NCBI RefSeq assembly: GCF_018977255.1
Contig: NW_024704742.1
Span: 20,400,001-20,464,000, forward strand
DNA from: Callorhinchus milii
Taxonomy: Eukaryota
Length of the DNA: 64,000 nucleotides
Direction of reading: 5' to 3'
The first letter of the stretch is position 1; each line of letters starts with the position of its first letter. Below the pieces are notes generated by a model. It searched no databases, was not told the origin of the DNA, and saw nothing but the letters and a program-made list of their open reading frames with translations. Positions 62,761 to 64,000 of this stretch are shown here, piece by piece. Position numbers and translations under genes: made by a program.

Positions 62761-64000
62761 CTTCCTCGATCGCTATGTCTAGCATTGAATCTGACCATAC
62801 AAAAGTACAAACACTTAGCTTCATGCTACTTGCAAAAAAGTCCTATTGTGCAGCTCTATAAAATTGCATGTATGGGCGGATGGTTATTTGGGATATGTTT
62901 CACCTCAGAGTGACCAAATCACAATGCTAGTAACTTCGCATCATGGGAGCAACTGTATTGCTCTGCCCATATTGCAGTCCCAGGTTTCACCTCCGCATCA
63001 TAATAGGCTACTCTACTGCATAATGATTCAAATCACAAGCAGTATACAAATTGAAAGCTGGCAAACAATCAATAAAAACAAAATGGGTGTCAAAATCCAT
63101 TACACTCACAAAGCCAAAGAGAACAGAACATAAAAGTATAAAAGAGCCCAAAAGTTGTGGTTGTCATCAAACACACTGGTGCTCCCTTTCCCAGTTATTA
63201 AAATACCAGGTGAAATTTGCAGTATTTCATAACTTGGTGCTTGTGATAATGGATATAGAATGCACTATGAAACACCATAGATTTTTTCCTGATTTTTATT
63301 TATTGCAACCCTCCATGATCTGTTAATCAGCTGTATGTCCACACTCCTCCCTGACACTGCTACTGCTGCAGACCACCCATCTGTGTTCCGATCTGCCAGA
63401 GTTTCACCAAATAAGATAATAAGTAGGGGAAAGCAATTTAATGCATTTACTTTCCTGCTCTAGTAAGTTGGAACACTATTATGTCAGTGAGAAAGAGTTT
63501 GAGAGCGAGCATATCAACAGACTCAACCACTGTGCTGAGGGTGCACCGAGAAGAGATGTGCTGCGCTGTGACCTAATAAAAAAAACAAGCAATGAGTAGT
63601 TTATGAGAGCTTGTGAAAGCATGACCAAGGAAAAGGTTTGAACTCATAAACTCATAAAACAAAATTCCAGGCGTTTCACAAGGGATCAGCCATTTGTTCA
63701 AAACAGCTGTTACGACAGCATTCATACAAAGTAAATGACTGCACTCAAGAAGAATTTTAGCGAAAAACTCTTCAAGGATTGGAAGGATTATTCATGTTTA
63801 GTCCAGTGGCTGGACACTTCCTACTGTTTCTCCCCAAAATGGCAACAAAGCATTCCAACAATAATTGCACATAGAGATGTTTAAGTTCCAGTGCCAAACA
63901 AATTAAACGAGTGCCACTTTCATAGGGCTCTCTACCTTACGCCGCAAGAGTAAAAGTAATCAGTGCAGATAAAGACGACAATGTAAATCAGTACAAAGAA

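Noticed and set aside
218..63326. The many 60-146 aa ORFs in the track
   Set aside because: No recognisable domains beyond LINE relics; many are SINE or LINE antisense frames or chance ORFs
1..64000. CRISPR arrays, rRNA, prokaryotic operons
   Set aside because: None seen; the sequence is vertebrate-like and its repeats are dispersed retroposons

Overview
AT-rich, repeat-dense vertebrate non-coding DNA (long intron or intergenic). I found no recognisable host protein-coding exon. The repeat complement suggests a cartilaginous fish, probably a holocephalan (inference). It comprises: (A) a tRNA-Ala-derived SINE in a long and a centrally deleted short form; (B) an older tRNA-derived DeuSINE/SacSINE1-like SINE sharing A's 3' domain; 5'-truncated L2 LINEs, which account for the only real long ORFs (decayed RT); CR1 3' fragments; and two Penelope-like terminal fragments, one with a degenerate minimal hammerhead ribozyme. 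Beyond these, I see about eight mutually unrelated, degenerate 90-250 bp fold-back palindromes (probably ancient hairpin/MITE relics, one split by a SINE). There are also at least five short local copy events (60-90 bp duplicated 0.2-4 kb away, some pasted into other repeats), and a swap of the 3' stem-loop loop in the youngest SINE subfamily that matches the local L2 tail. All alignments were made by eye, repeat boundaries are approximate, and family names are by resemblance and need database confirmation.
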